From NCBI GenBank assembly GCA_028704635.1, contig JAQWFB010000002.1:693-64692 (forward strand): a DNA stretch of 64,000 nucleotides, read 5' to 3'. The notes below the pieces were generated by a model that worked only from the letters and a program-made list of their open reading frames with translations, was not told where the DNA came from and searched no databases. This stretch comes from Candidatus Shapirobacteria bacterium. GTDB taxonomy: Bacteria; Patescibacteriota; Microgenomatia; UBA12405. Below are positions 57,836 to 64,000 of this stretch, one piece after another; position 1 is the stretch's first letter, and every line of letters begins with the position of its first letter. Made by a program: the position numbers and the translations under genes.

Positions 57836-57849
57836 AAATACAAAACAAT

Positions 57850-58362
57850 ATGCCAACTACACAAAAAATCAACCAAGTTGAAGAAGTTGCTAAAAAAATT
57901 AGCGAAGCTAAGTCTGCTGCTTTGGTTCAGTATCAAGGCTTAAATGCTGCTGACACCACCGATCTTAGAGCTAGCATTAAAAATGTCGGCGGTTCAATTG
58001 AAGTTGTCAAAAATTCACTTATTACTCGAGCCCTCGAAAAATTAGGTATCAAATTACCAGAAGAGTTAACCGGTCCAACTGCCATTGCCTACTGTAATGA
58101 AGATGAAATTGCTCCTCTAAAAGAAATTGACAAAGTCAACAGTGCTAAAGATAAAACCAGTTTCAAATATGGCATCTACAATAAAAAACTTTTGTCTCTC
58201 GATGAATTAAAAACTTTTTTAAGTTTACCTTCAAAAAGCACTCTTATTTCTCAATTCGTTGGTGGCCTTGCCAACCCTCTTCAGAGATTAGCTTATGCTC
58301 TTCGTTTTAACCAAACTCAATTGGTTTTAACCCTTAAAGCCTTGTCTGAAAAACAAAAATAA
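57850..58362 (+). CDS. rplJ: 50S ribosomal protein L10 (start at MPTTQK)
   Basis: L10 sequence. Upstream in-frame extension would cover leader hairpin. Confidence 0.85.
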   Translation: MPTTQKINQVEEVAKKISEAKSAALVQYQGLNAADTTDLRASIKNVGGSIEVVKNSLITRALEKLGIKLPEELTGPTAIAYCNEDEIAPLKEIDKVNSAKDKTSFKYGIYNKKLLSLDELKTFLSLPSKSTLISQFVGGLANPLQRLAYALRFNQTQLVLTLKALSEKQK

Positions 58363-58398
58363 AAAAATTATTAATTATTAATTAAAAATTAAAAAAAT

Positions 58399-58797
58399 AT
58401 GTCAGAAGAAAAAAAAGTAAGCGCAAAAATTGAAAAAATAATCGATTCTGTTGCTGAATTAACCGTTATTGAGCTTTCCGAATTAGTTAAAGCTCTTGAA
58501 GAAAAATTTGATGTCAAAGCTGTTGCCGCTGCTGCTCCTGTAGCTGCTGCTGGTGCTGCCGCTGCTGCTCCTGTAGCTGAAGAGAAAAACGAATTTGATG
58601 TCGTTATCACTTCTGCTGGCGCTAACAAAATTGCCGTCATCAAAGCTGTTAGAGAATTTAAACCAGAACTTGGCCTTAAAGAAGCTAAAGACATGGTCGA
58701 TGCTTGTCCAGCCAACCTTGGTACTATGAAAAAAGATGCTGCTAATGATGCTAAAGCAAAATTAGAAGCCGCTGGTGCTCAAGTTGAATTAAAATAA
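58399..58797 (+). CDS. rplL: 50S ribosomal protein L7/L12
   Basis: Ala-rich hinge and C-terminal domain [11 protein letters not shown]...LKEAKDMV. Confidence 0.9.
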   Translation: MSEEKKVSAKIEKIIDSVAELTVIELSELVKALEEKFDVKAVAAAAPVAAAGAAAAAPVAEEKNEFDVVITSAGANKIAVIKAVREFKPELGLKEAKDMVDACPANLGTMKKDAANDAKAKLEAAGAQVELK

Positions 58798-58819
58798 TTC
58801 TTTTATTTTAAAACATTTA

Positions 58820-58847
58820 AAATCCCCCTTTTTAGGGGGATTTTTTA
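58820..58847 (+). terminator. Intrinsic terminator atccccc-ttttt-aggggga-T6
   Basis: 7-bp stem, T-run. Confidence 0.75.
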
Positions 58848-59010
58848 TTGTAACTAATCGGATTATCTCTAATATATTTTCTGACCATTAAATATTCTTT
58901 TTCATTGCGAATAATTCGTTCGTAATAATTTCGTTGCCATAATTTAATTCCAATTTCTTTTGATGTGTTCATTTTAAAATACCCAATAATATTTGATAAT
59001 AATGACCTGT

Positions 59011-59035
59011 GTAGGGGCGATTCATGAATCGCCCC
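59011..59035 (+). repeat. REP-like palindrome gtaggggcgattcatgaatcgcccc (inside transposase remnant)
   Basis: Perfect 11-bp arms. Confidence 0.8.
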
Positions 59036-59093
59036 ATTTAAAACATCGACATCATTAATATTAATTTCATTATTTATTTTTTCATTCATTTTG

Positions 59094-59117
59094 GGCGAAT
59101 CATGATTCGCCCCTACA
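59094..59117 (-). repeat. REP-like palindrome gtaggggcgaatcatgattcgccc in inverted orientation to 59011 copy (REP doublet)
   Basis: Identical to 12275-12303 copy. Confidence 0.8.
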
Positions 59118-59382
59118 ATTTTAATGATCATATGCAAATGGTCTGGCATAATTTGATAACCATCGATTTTAACGTCAAAACGATTTATTAAATTTAATAA
59201 CCAAATTTTACATACCAACCATTTTTATTTAAATCCATTTTTCCATTTTCAATTTCCCCAAATATTTCATTTCGATTTTGCACACAAATCGTTACAAAAT
59301 AATATCCATTTTTTGAATAATCAAACCCATCCAATCTAATCGATATTCTGTGATATTTCACACATTAATGATATCAAAAAAT

Positions 59383-59862
59383 TTATAACTTTTCTAAAAA
59401 ATCACCCCAACCGATCTTCGTATAAGTTTCTTTACATTCCTTTTCTAAAACTCCACCCACCACTTCTGGTTCATCACTAAAAAAAGGCTTAATTTTAGAA
59501 AGCCCTTTATCTTGCAAAATATTCCATTTGCTTTTACCACCCATATTAGGCGATCTAACCCCAAAAACCACTTTTTTGAAATGCAATTCTCTCATCATAA
59601 AAGAACACATCGGACAAGGTTCACAGTTTGAATAAATTTCACAATCCTTTAAATCTTTACTTTTAAGTTTCTTTTGGGCTTTTCTCATTGCCATTATTTC
59701 TGCATGACTGGTAACATCACATTTTTTTTCATTAGCATTAGTCACCTTAACAATTATTTTTCCATTTTTAACAATCAAACTTCCAAAAGGTGCTTCGCCT
59801 TTTTTAACTGACTGTTCAGCCAATTCTATACATTTTTTGATATAAAACTCATTATTTTTCAT
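59383..59862 (-). CDS. tadA: tRNA-specific adenosine deaminase / CDA-fold nucleoside deaminase
   Basis: HAEIMAMRKA and CEPCPMCSFMM zinc motifs. Confidence 0.7.
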   Translation of the reverse strand: MKNNEFYIKKCIELAEQSVKKGEAPFGSLIVKNGKIIVKVTNANEKKCDVTSHAEIMAMRKAQKKLKSKDLKDCEIYSNCEPCPMCSFMMRELHFKKVVFGVRSPNMGGKSKWNILQDKGLSKIKPFFSDEPEVVGGVLEKECKETYTKIGWGDFLEKL

Positions 59863-59890
59863 TTAGTATATTTTACCTCCAACACCAACA

Positions 59891-59920
59891 AAAAGCCCTC
59901 CGAAATTTCAGAGGGCTTTT
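59891..59920 (-). terminator. Intrinsic terminator agccctc-cgaaatttca-gagggct (serves minus-strand small gene)
   Basis: 7-bp stem. T/A runs both sides. Confidence 0.55.
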
Positions 59921-59935
59921 AAGTTCTCAAATTTT

Positions 59936-60031
59936 TTATTTACAGCCGCAACCACAGCTAGGACCACAGCCACAACTACTCTTTTTAACAGCCTTTTTAA
60001 CGGGCTTCTTAACAGGTTTTTTTACGGGCAT
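59936..60031 (-). CDS. Tiny protein MPVKKPVKKPVKKAVKKSSCGCGPSCGCGCK (31 aa): Lys-rich N-terminus plus Cys-Gly tail. Paralog of 15268-15375
   Basis: First 6 codons nearly identical to the other MPVKKP gene. Followed by terminator. No clear SD. Confidence 0.4.
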   Translation of the reverse strand: MPVKKPVKKPVKKAVKKSSCGCGPSCGCGCK

Positions 60032-60108
60032 ATTTTTTTAAATTAATAATCTAATTTAATCTAACCACCAAAACTAACTCTCGTCAATAGTGTTATTTCT
60101 AACAAATA

Positions 60109-61164
60109 TTATACTAACTCGTTTCTATTTTCTGCCTTCAAAGTATCCACTACCTCTCCCACTCTCCCACTATTCTCTTTTTTCATAATTAATAAAGCAT
60201 CCCCAGTATCCACTACCACTAAATTTTCCACTCCTATTAAGGCTACATATTTCTTATCTTTTCTATAAACAAAATTTTGGTTACTATCCAATTCTAAAAC
60301 ATCCTCTGGTTGGTAGGTTCCTTTTTCCTTCATATAATTAGCCACCGATTCCCATGTTCCAAAATCAACCCAATTAAAGGGTAATTCTACTACTAACGCC
60401 TCACCATTTTTATAAACTAATTTAGTCACCTCTTCTATTCCTGCCTTTGGCATTTTGCCATATTCACTCACCACATCACCATTATTGGCAATCGCCACCA
60501 ATGGTTCATACCACTCTGGTTTATATTTTTGATACATCTTCAATAAATTATTTGGTGTCATCGAAGTATGATTAGCGTGCAACAATAATTTATCTGTTCC
60601 TAAATATTGTTTAATTTTTTCTTCTTCAGTTCTATCAATATAATCAGCCACTTCAAAAATTCTCACTCCACTTTCTTCACTTACCAAATTTCCCTTAACC
60701 AAATAATCCACCCCTCTTACAATCGACTGTGGCACAAATCCCCCGGTAATATATTTATCATTAATTCGACCCAATTTTTCCTGTTCCCCAATCATATCTA
60801 AAAACTTTTCATCCGGTTCTCTTAAAACATCCGCTTGAACCAAAATAAAAGGCTCATCTCCAAATCCTCTTTTAATTAATTGTGCCGCCGCAAAACCAGT
60901 TGCCGGACCTTGATTTCTCATTTCTGGTTCCACAAAAATATTTTCATCAATAATTTCTGGAATTAAATTTTTAGCGATTTTAGCCTGTACTTCATTAGTT
61001 TGTAAAAATATTTCCTCTGGGCCAAATTTCTTTCTTAAAGCCTCATAATTCAATTGAAATAAAGATTTACCATTAATCAGTGGTAAAAAGTGTTTAGGCA
61101 TCGCATTTCGACTCATTGGCCACATTTTTGAGCCAACACCACCACAAATAATTACAGTTTTCAT
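60109..61164 (-). CDS. Mannose-1-phosphate guanylyltransferase (sugar nucleotidyltransferase)
   Basis: VIICGGVGSKMWPMSRNAMPKHFLPL N-terminus. Confidence 0.75.
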   Translation of the reverse strand: MKTVIICGGVGSKMWPMSRNAMPKHFLPLINGKSLFQLNYEALRKKFGPEEIFLQTNEVQAKIAKNLIPEIIDENIFVEPEMRNQGPATGFAAAQLIKRGFGDEPFILVQADVLREPDEKFLDMIGEQEKLGRINDKYITGGFVPQSIVRGVDYLVKGNLVSEESGVRIFEVADYIDRTEEEKIKQYLGTDKLLLHANHTSMTPNNLLKMYQKYKPEWYEPLVAIANNGDVVSEYGKMPKAGIEEVTKLVYKNGEALVVELPFNWVDFGTWESVANYMKEKGTYQPEDVLELDSNQNFVYRKDKKYVALIGVENLVVVDTGDALLIMKKENSGRVGEVVDTLKAENRNELV

Positions 61165-61174
61165 ATTTTTTTAT

Positions 61175-62194
61175 TTAATTATTAACTCCTTCCATAAATT
61201 TTTTAATATTCTCTACTGTTGTTCCCACAATTCTTCCAATCGCCTCTTTAGTATTAAAGGCATTGTGTGGTGTAAAAATCACGTCATCTCTATCCCGAAG
61301 TAAGTGAAAACTCAAAACATCCTGCAATTCATCTTTAGTAATTTTTTTACTCATCACCACACTCACACTTTCCAACATACTTTCATCTTCTGTCACATCC
61401 AATGCTGCCCCAGCTAAAGTTTTATTATTCAATGCCCACACAATTGCCTCTGTTTCAATTACCGGCCCTCGTGATGTATTAACCAAATAACTTCCTTTTT
61501 TCATCAATTTAATATTTTTCTTATTAATCAAATGAAATGTTTCCGGAATTGATGGTACATGCAAGGTCACAATATCCGCTTCTTTCAAACAAGTTTCTAA
61601 ATCAACAATTTTACAACCAATTTTTTTTGCCACTTCAGGTGGTAATCTTTCGTCCACTCCTAAAACTTTCATTCCAAAGGCTCTGGCGATTCGCACTACA
61701 TTTTGCCCTATGTTTCCAACACCTATCACTCCTAATATTTTTCCATCCAAATCTACTCCTGTCAAACCCTCTGGGCTAAATTCTCCATTCTCCACCGATT
61801 GATGAGCTTCAACTATTTTTCTCGTAATTGCCAACATCAAAGCAAAAGTATATTCCGCTACTGTTTTTGACCCATAAACTGGCACATTCGCCACCACTAT
61901 TTTTCTTTTATTACACTCTCCAATATCCACATTGTCAATTCCTGTTGACCTAGCTGCAATCATTTTTAAATTTGGCAACTTACATAAAGATTCTTTGTCA
62001 AAAATAGAATAAATAAAAGGCGAAATAATGTCATATTTTGCCGCCAATTCTAAATTATCTTGAACTTCTCCTTCAAAAATTCCAATCCCAAAACTGTCCA
62101 ATTTTCCAATTTCTTTTTCAATTATCTCCCTCTCCCAACTCTTAACTCCAAAAAACGCAATTCGTAAGTCAGCCTTTGGTTGATTATATTCCAT
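61175..62194 (-). CDS. D-isomer-specific 2-hydroxyacid dehydrogenase (NAD-binding)
   Basis: GVIGVGNIGQNVVRIARAFGMKVLGVD Rossmann motif. Catalytic R/E/H region. Confidence 0.8.
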   Translation of the reverse strand: MEYNQPKADLRIAFFGVKSWEREIIEKEIGKLDSFGIGIFEGEVQDNLELAAKYDIISPFIYSIFDKESLCKLPNLKMIAARSTGIDNVDIGECNKRKIVVANVPVYGSKTVAEYTFALMLAITRKIVEAHQSVENGEFSPEGLTGVDLDGKILGVIGVGNIGQNVVRIARAFGMKVLGVDERLPPEVAKKIGCKIVDLETCLKEADIVTLHVPSIPETFHLINKKNIKLMKKGSYLVNTSRGPVIETEAIVWALNNKTLAGAALDVTEDESMLESVSVVMSKKITKDELQDVLSFHLLRDRDDVIFTPHNAFNTKEAIGRIVGTTVENIKKFMEGVNN

Positions 62195-62218
62195 ATACCA
62201 ATCATAACAAAATTCAAT

Positions 62219-62785
62219 CTATTTTTTAATGGCAACAACTCCTTGATGTACTTCCCTAATCGCATTTTTTACAAAATATTTCATTTTTCCACCATCAACA
62301 TTCATTTTAATTTCTGTCAACCCCTCTCCTTTTCTCTTATAATCTAAATTCCTAAAATCAGATACAAATTTACCTGACTTTTCCGTTATTAACTTTTTAT
62401 AAGCTTCAGCTGAAGATGAATTTCCTTCAGCGTGCAAAAAAATCACTTTTAAATCACTACCACTTAAACCAGTAATTTTCTCTCTAATAAAGCAATTCAT
62501 TATTTCTGAACCATTCGCATCACTATTCAAATTAGGATAGTGAGCTCCAATAAATTTCTCACCATCAGTGATAAAAAGACCTTCACACCCACCAAATTTA
62601 TTTGAACTTATCTCCATTCCTTCAACTAACTCAATCGAATTTTCAGTTCTGGTCAAATAATTAATTTCGACACTATTTGGATTTTTTTGAATTTCACTAA
62701 TGGGTAACTCACCAATTTCCATAACCAATTCTACATCAAAAAAATTAACTAAAATATTTTTGATTATTGACACACTAATATCCAA
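62219..62785 (-). CDS. Hypothetical protein (188 aa)
   Basis: ORF only. Confidence 0.45.
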   Translation of the reverse strand: MDISVSIIKNILVNFFDVELVMEIGELPISEIQKNPNSVEINYLTRTENSIELVEGMEISSNKFGGCEGLFITDGEKFIGAHYPNLNSDANGSEIMNCFIREKITGLSGSDLKVIFLHAEGNSSSAEAYKKLITEKSGKFVSDFRNLDYKRKGEGLTEIKMNVDGGKMKYFVKNAIREVHQGVVAIKK

Positions 62786-62838
62786 TATGTTTTACTGATA
62801 TTAATTAATCATTATTTCGATACAAAAGGACCCACCTA

Positions 62839-63099
62839 ATGGACTATCAAACAGAATCACAAGACCAACTTGTGAAACAAAATTCCGCCGCCCCAAAAAA
62901 AATAAATGGAGTCTCCATCGACAATCTTCCCGACCTCTTAACCGTCGCTGAAGTCGCCGATTTACTCCGCGTCAGTAAATTAACCATCAAGAGATGGGGA
63001 AAACGAGGTAAACTGCCAGCCATTCGTATCAATGCTCGTGGTGATCGCCGTTACCGAAAAGAAGCTGTCTTATGGTTACTTGGAATCCAAGCCGAATAA
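62839..63099 (+). CDS. Excisionase-family / MerR-like helix-turn-helix DNA-binding protein
   Basis: LLTVAEVADLLRVSKLTIKRWGKRGKLPAIRINARGDRRY is a classic Xis/AlpA-type HTH. Confidence 0.65.
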   Translation: MDYQTESQDQLVKQNSAAPKKINGVSIDNLPDLLTVAEVADLLRVSKLTIKRWGKRGKLPAIRINARGDRRYRKEAVLWLLGIQAE

Positions 63100-63151
63100 A
63101 AATTTAGTATTCCGTAGCCTTAGCGAAGGATACCCTGCCCAAAATAAAATC

Positions 63152-63577
63152 ATGAGTCACGAAATACCCAAAAATTATATTACTCCCGATGGAATATCTA
63201 TCGATCACAAATTTTTAGAAAATCGATTTAAACCAACCTCTGATTATCACCAATTACCAAGAGAATATGGCAGTCCTCTTGAGACTGAATTACTCACCGA
63301 TAATCTTATTTATAAAAACAATAAATATATTGCCCTTTCTCCAACTGATCCGGATCAATTACCAAGACTTCCGTTCGGAATTACCCCTATTATTCTTCAA
63401 ATTAAAGAAGTTGAAAATAATATTTCCTATCTTCCAGTAGAAGATGACGAAACGCTCATCGGTGTTTGTCGGGAATTATTTAAATATTTTGACAAAGTAG
63501 AAGAAGAATTATCAAGATTTGTTGAAAACATTAAAAAAATCGATTTTAATTTTAAACCCCGTAATTCTAAATTTTAA
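63152..63577 (+). CDS. Hypothetical protein (start at internal ATG to avoid 68-nt overlap with HTH gene)
   Basis: ORF downstream of HTH gene. Confidence 0.4.
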   Translation: MSHEIPKNYITPDGISIDHKFLENRFKPTSDYHQLPREYGSPLETELLTDNLIYKNNKYIALSPTDPDQLPRLPFGITPIILQIKEVENNISYLPVEDDETLIGVCRELFKYFDKVEEELSRFVENIKKIDFNFKPRNSKF

Positions 63578-63754
63578 TTAATCTTCCGCTCCACAAATTT
63601 CTTCCAAACTTGGGTACCCCTCCCCAACCCTGACCGCCTCTTTTCTTTTATCCTCAACTAATTTTGGTAAATTTTCTCTAAATCTTTGTGTTGCCTCATC
63701 AACACTTCTTTGCCTTATTATAGGCATAATATCAATTATTTTCTCTTTATTCAT
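63578..63754 (-). CDS. Small hypothetical protein (58 aa) whose ATG overlaps ruvB stop (ATGA)
   Basis: Translational-coupling overlap. No homology recognised. Confidence 0.3.
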   Translation of the reverse strand: MNKEKIIDIMPIIRQRSVDEATQRFRENLPKLVEDKRKEAVRVGEGYPSLEEICGAED

Positions 63755-64000
63755 GTCAACACTCTTCCTTTAGGTGTTCGTTTAATTAATCCTTTTTTCA
63801 TCAAAAAAGGTTCGTAAACTTCCGTAATTGTTCCCACGTCTTCGGTTAAAGCCGCTGCAATATTTTCCACTCCAACTGGCCCACCACCATATTGTTTTTG
63901 AATAATTTCCAAATATTTTCGATCCGCATCTGACAAACCATCTTCATCCACCCCCAACATTTTTAAAGCTTCCTCAACTTCATTCAAAGTAATCAATCCA
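63751..64000 (-). CDS. ruvB: Holliday junction helicase RuvB, C-terminal winged-helix domain only (gene continues beyond window end)
   Basis: ...LEIIQKQYGGGPVGVENIAAAL...KGLIKRTPKGRVLT matches RuvB C-terminus. Confidence 0.7.
   Translation of the reverse strand, partial: GLITLNEVEEALKMLGVDEDGLSDADRKYLEIIQKQYGGGPVGVENIAAALTEDVGTITEVYEPFLMKKGLIKRTPKGRVLT

Larger units (their letters stand above)
58832..59365 (-). pseudogene. tnpA: IS200/IS605-family (Y1 HUH, RAYT-like) transposase remnant. N-terminal 56 codons (59194-59365) in a different frame from C-terminal part (58832-59218), plus about 27-codon REP-containing insertion
   Basis: N-fragment ...GYYFVTICVQNRNEIFGEIENGKMDLN. C-fragment IMPDHLHMII (HxH) ... 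KLWQRNYYERII (catalytic Tyr). Frameshift near NGWYV/VCKIW. Confidence 0.6.

Noticed and set aside
57802-57849. Upstream extension of rplJ (MRLDLRGPFYLKIQNN)
   Set aside because: Covers the leader hairpin and T-run. L10 alignment starts at MPTTQK.
1-64000. rRNA genes, tmRNA, RNase P RNA, SRP RNA, CRISPR arrays
   Set aside because: Scanned for characteristic conserved cores and regular repeat-spacer structure. None recognised in this window.

Overview
The window is 64 kb of AT-rich, gene-dense bacterial chromosome. Small proteins, extended ribosomal proteins, a B12-dependent RNR, a stand-alone VirD4-like ATPase and a missing pyrH between tsf and frr point to a Patescibacteria/CPR-type genome; this is an inference from gene content and composition.

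Housekeeping backbone, in window order:
- rseP-frr-tsf-rpsB on the minus strand.
- topA, followed by mreB-PBP2 on the minus strand.
- def/fmt and rpmB.
- A cluster of tRNA-Thr, tRNA-Thr and tRNA-Ser; elsewhere tRNA-Trp and tRNA-Ala.
- NAD malic enzyme, hpf-rpmG.
- A nucleotide cluster: dCMP deaminase, a P-loop kinase and a HAD nucleotidase.
- A thymidylate cluster: thyX-tmk-prs-glyA.
- nrdR-nrdJ plus a PduO-type cobalamin adenosyltransferase.
- secE-nusG-rplK-rplA.
- An 8.5 kb insert carrying a murF-like gene and ddl, then rplJ-rplL.
- tadA, a mannose-1-P guanylyltransferase, a 2-hydroxyacid dehydrogenase, an excisionase-type HTH protein and the ruvB 3' end.

Accessory content worth attention:
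1. A radical-SAM/SPASM gene overlaps, by an ATGA, the start of an EpmA (GenX/PoxA)-like lysyl-tRNA-synthetase paralog. It sits next to hpf and rpmG, suggesting a non-canonical translation-factor or peptide modification system.
2. A family of REP-like GC-rich palindromes (gtaggggcgNNNcatgNNNcgccc) occurs next to a frameshifted IS200/RAYT-like transposase remnant. Two further short repeat families are also present. One copy of each of the three families is inserted in-frame into the O-antigen-ligase/TPR gene, as Rickettsia RPE elements are.
3. A candidate ~225-nt ncRNA has a consensus sigma70 promoter, tandem hairpin modules and an intrinsic terminator. It lies upstream of exported-protein genes that share a conserved promoter/operator motif.
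4. A surface-glycosylation island: tandem galU paralogs, secreted repeat proteins, a GT2 and a YfhO/GtrC-like polytopic protein.
5. A tRNA-flanked islet carrying an HNH endonuclease and a membrane-anchored Mrr-cat restriction-endonuclease-domain protein.
6. Two paralogous tiny Lys-rich MPVKKP proteins, one with a CGCG tail.
7. An uncharacterised zinc-ribbon protein at the end of the nrdR-nrdJ-ATR operon.

No rRNA genes or CRISPR arrays were seen.
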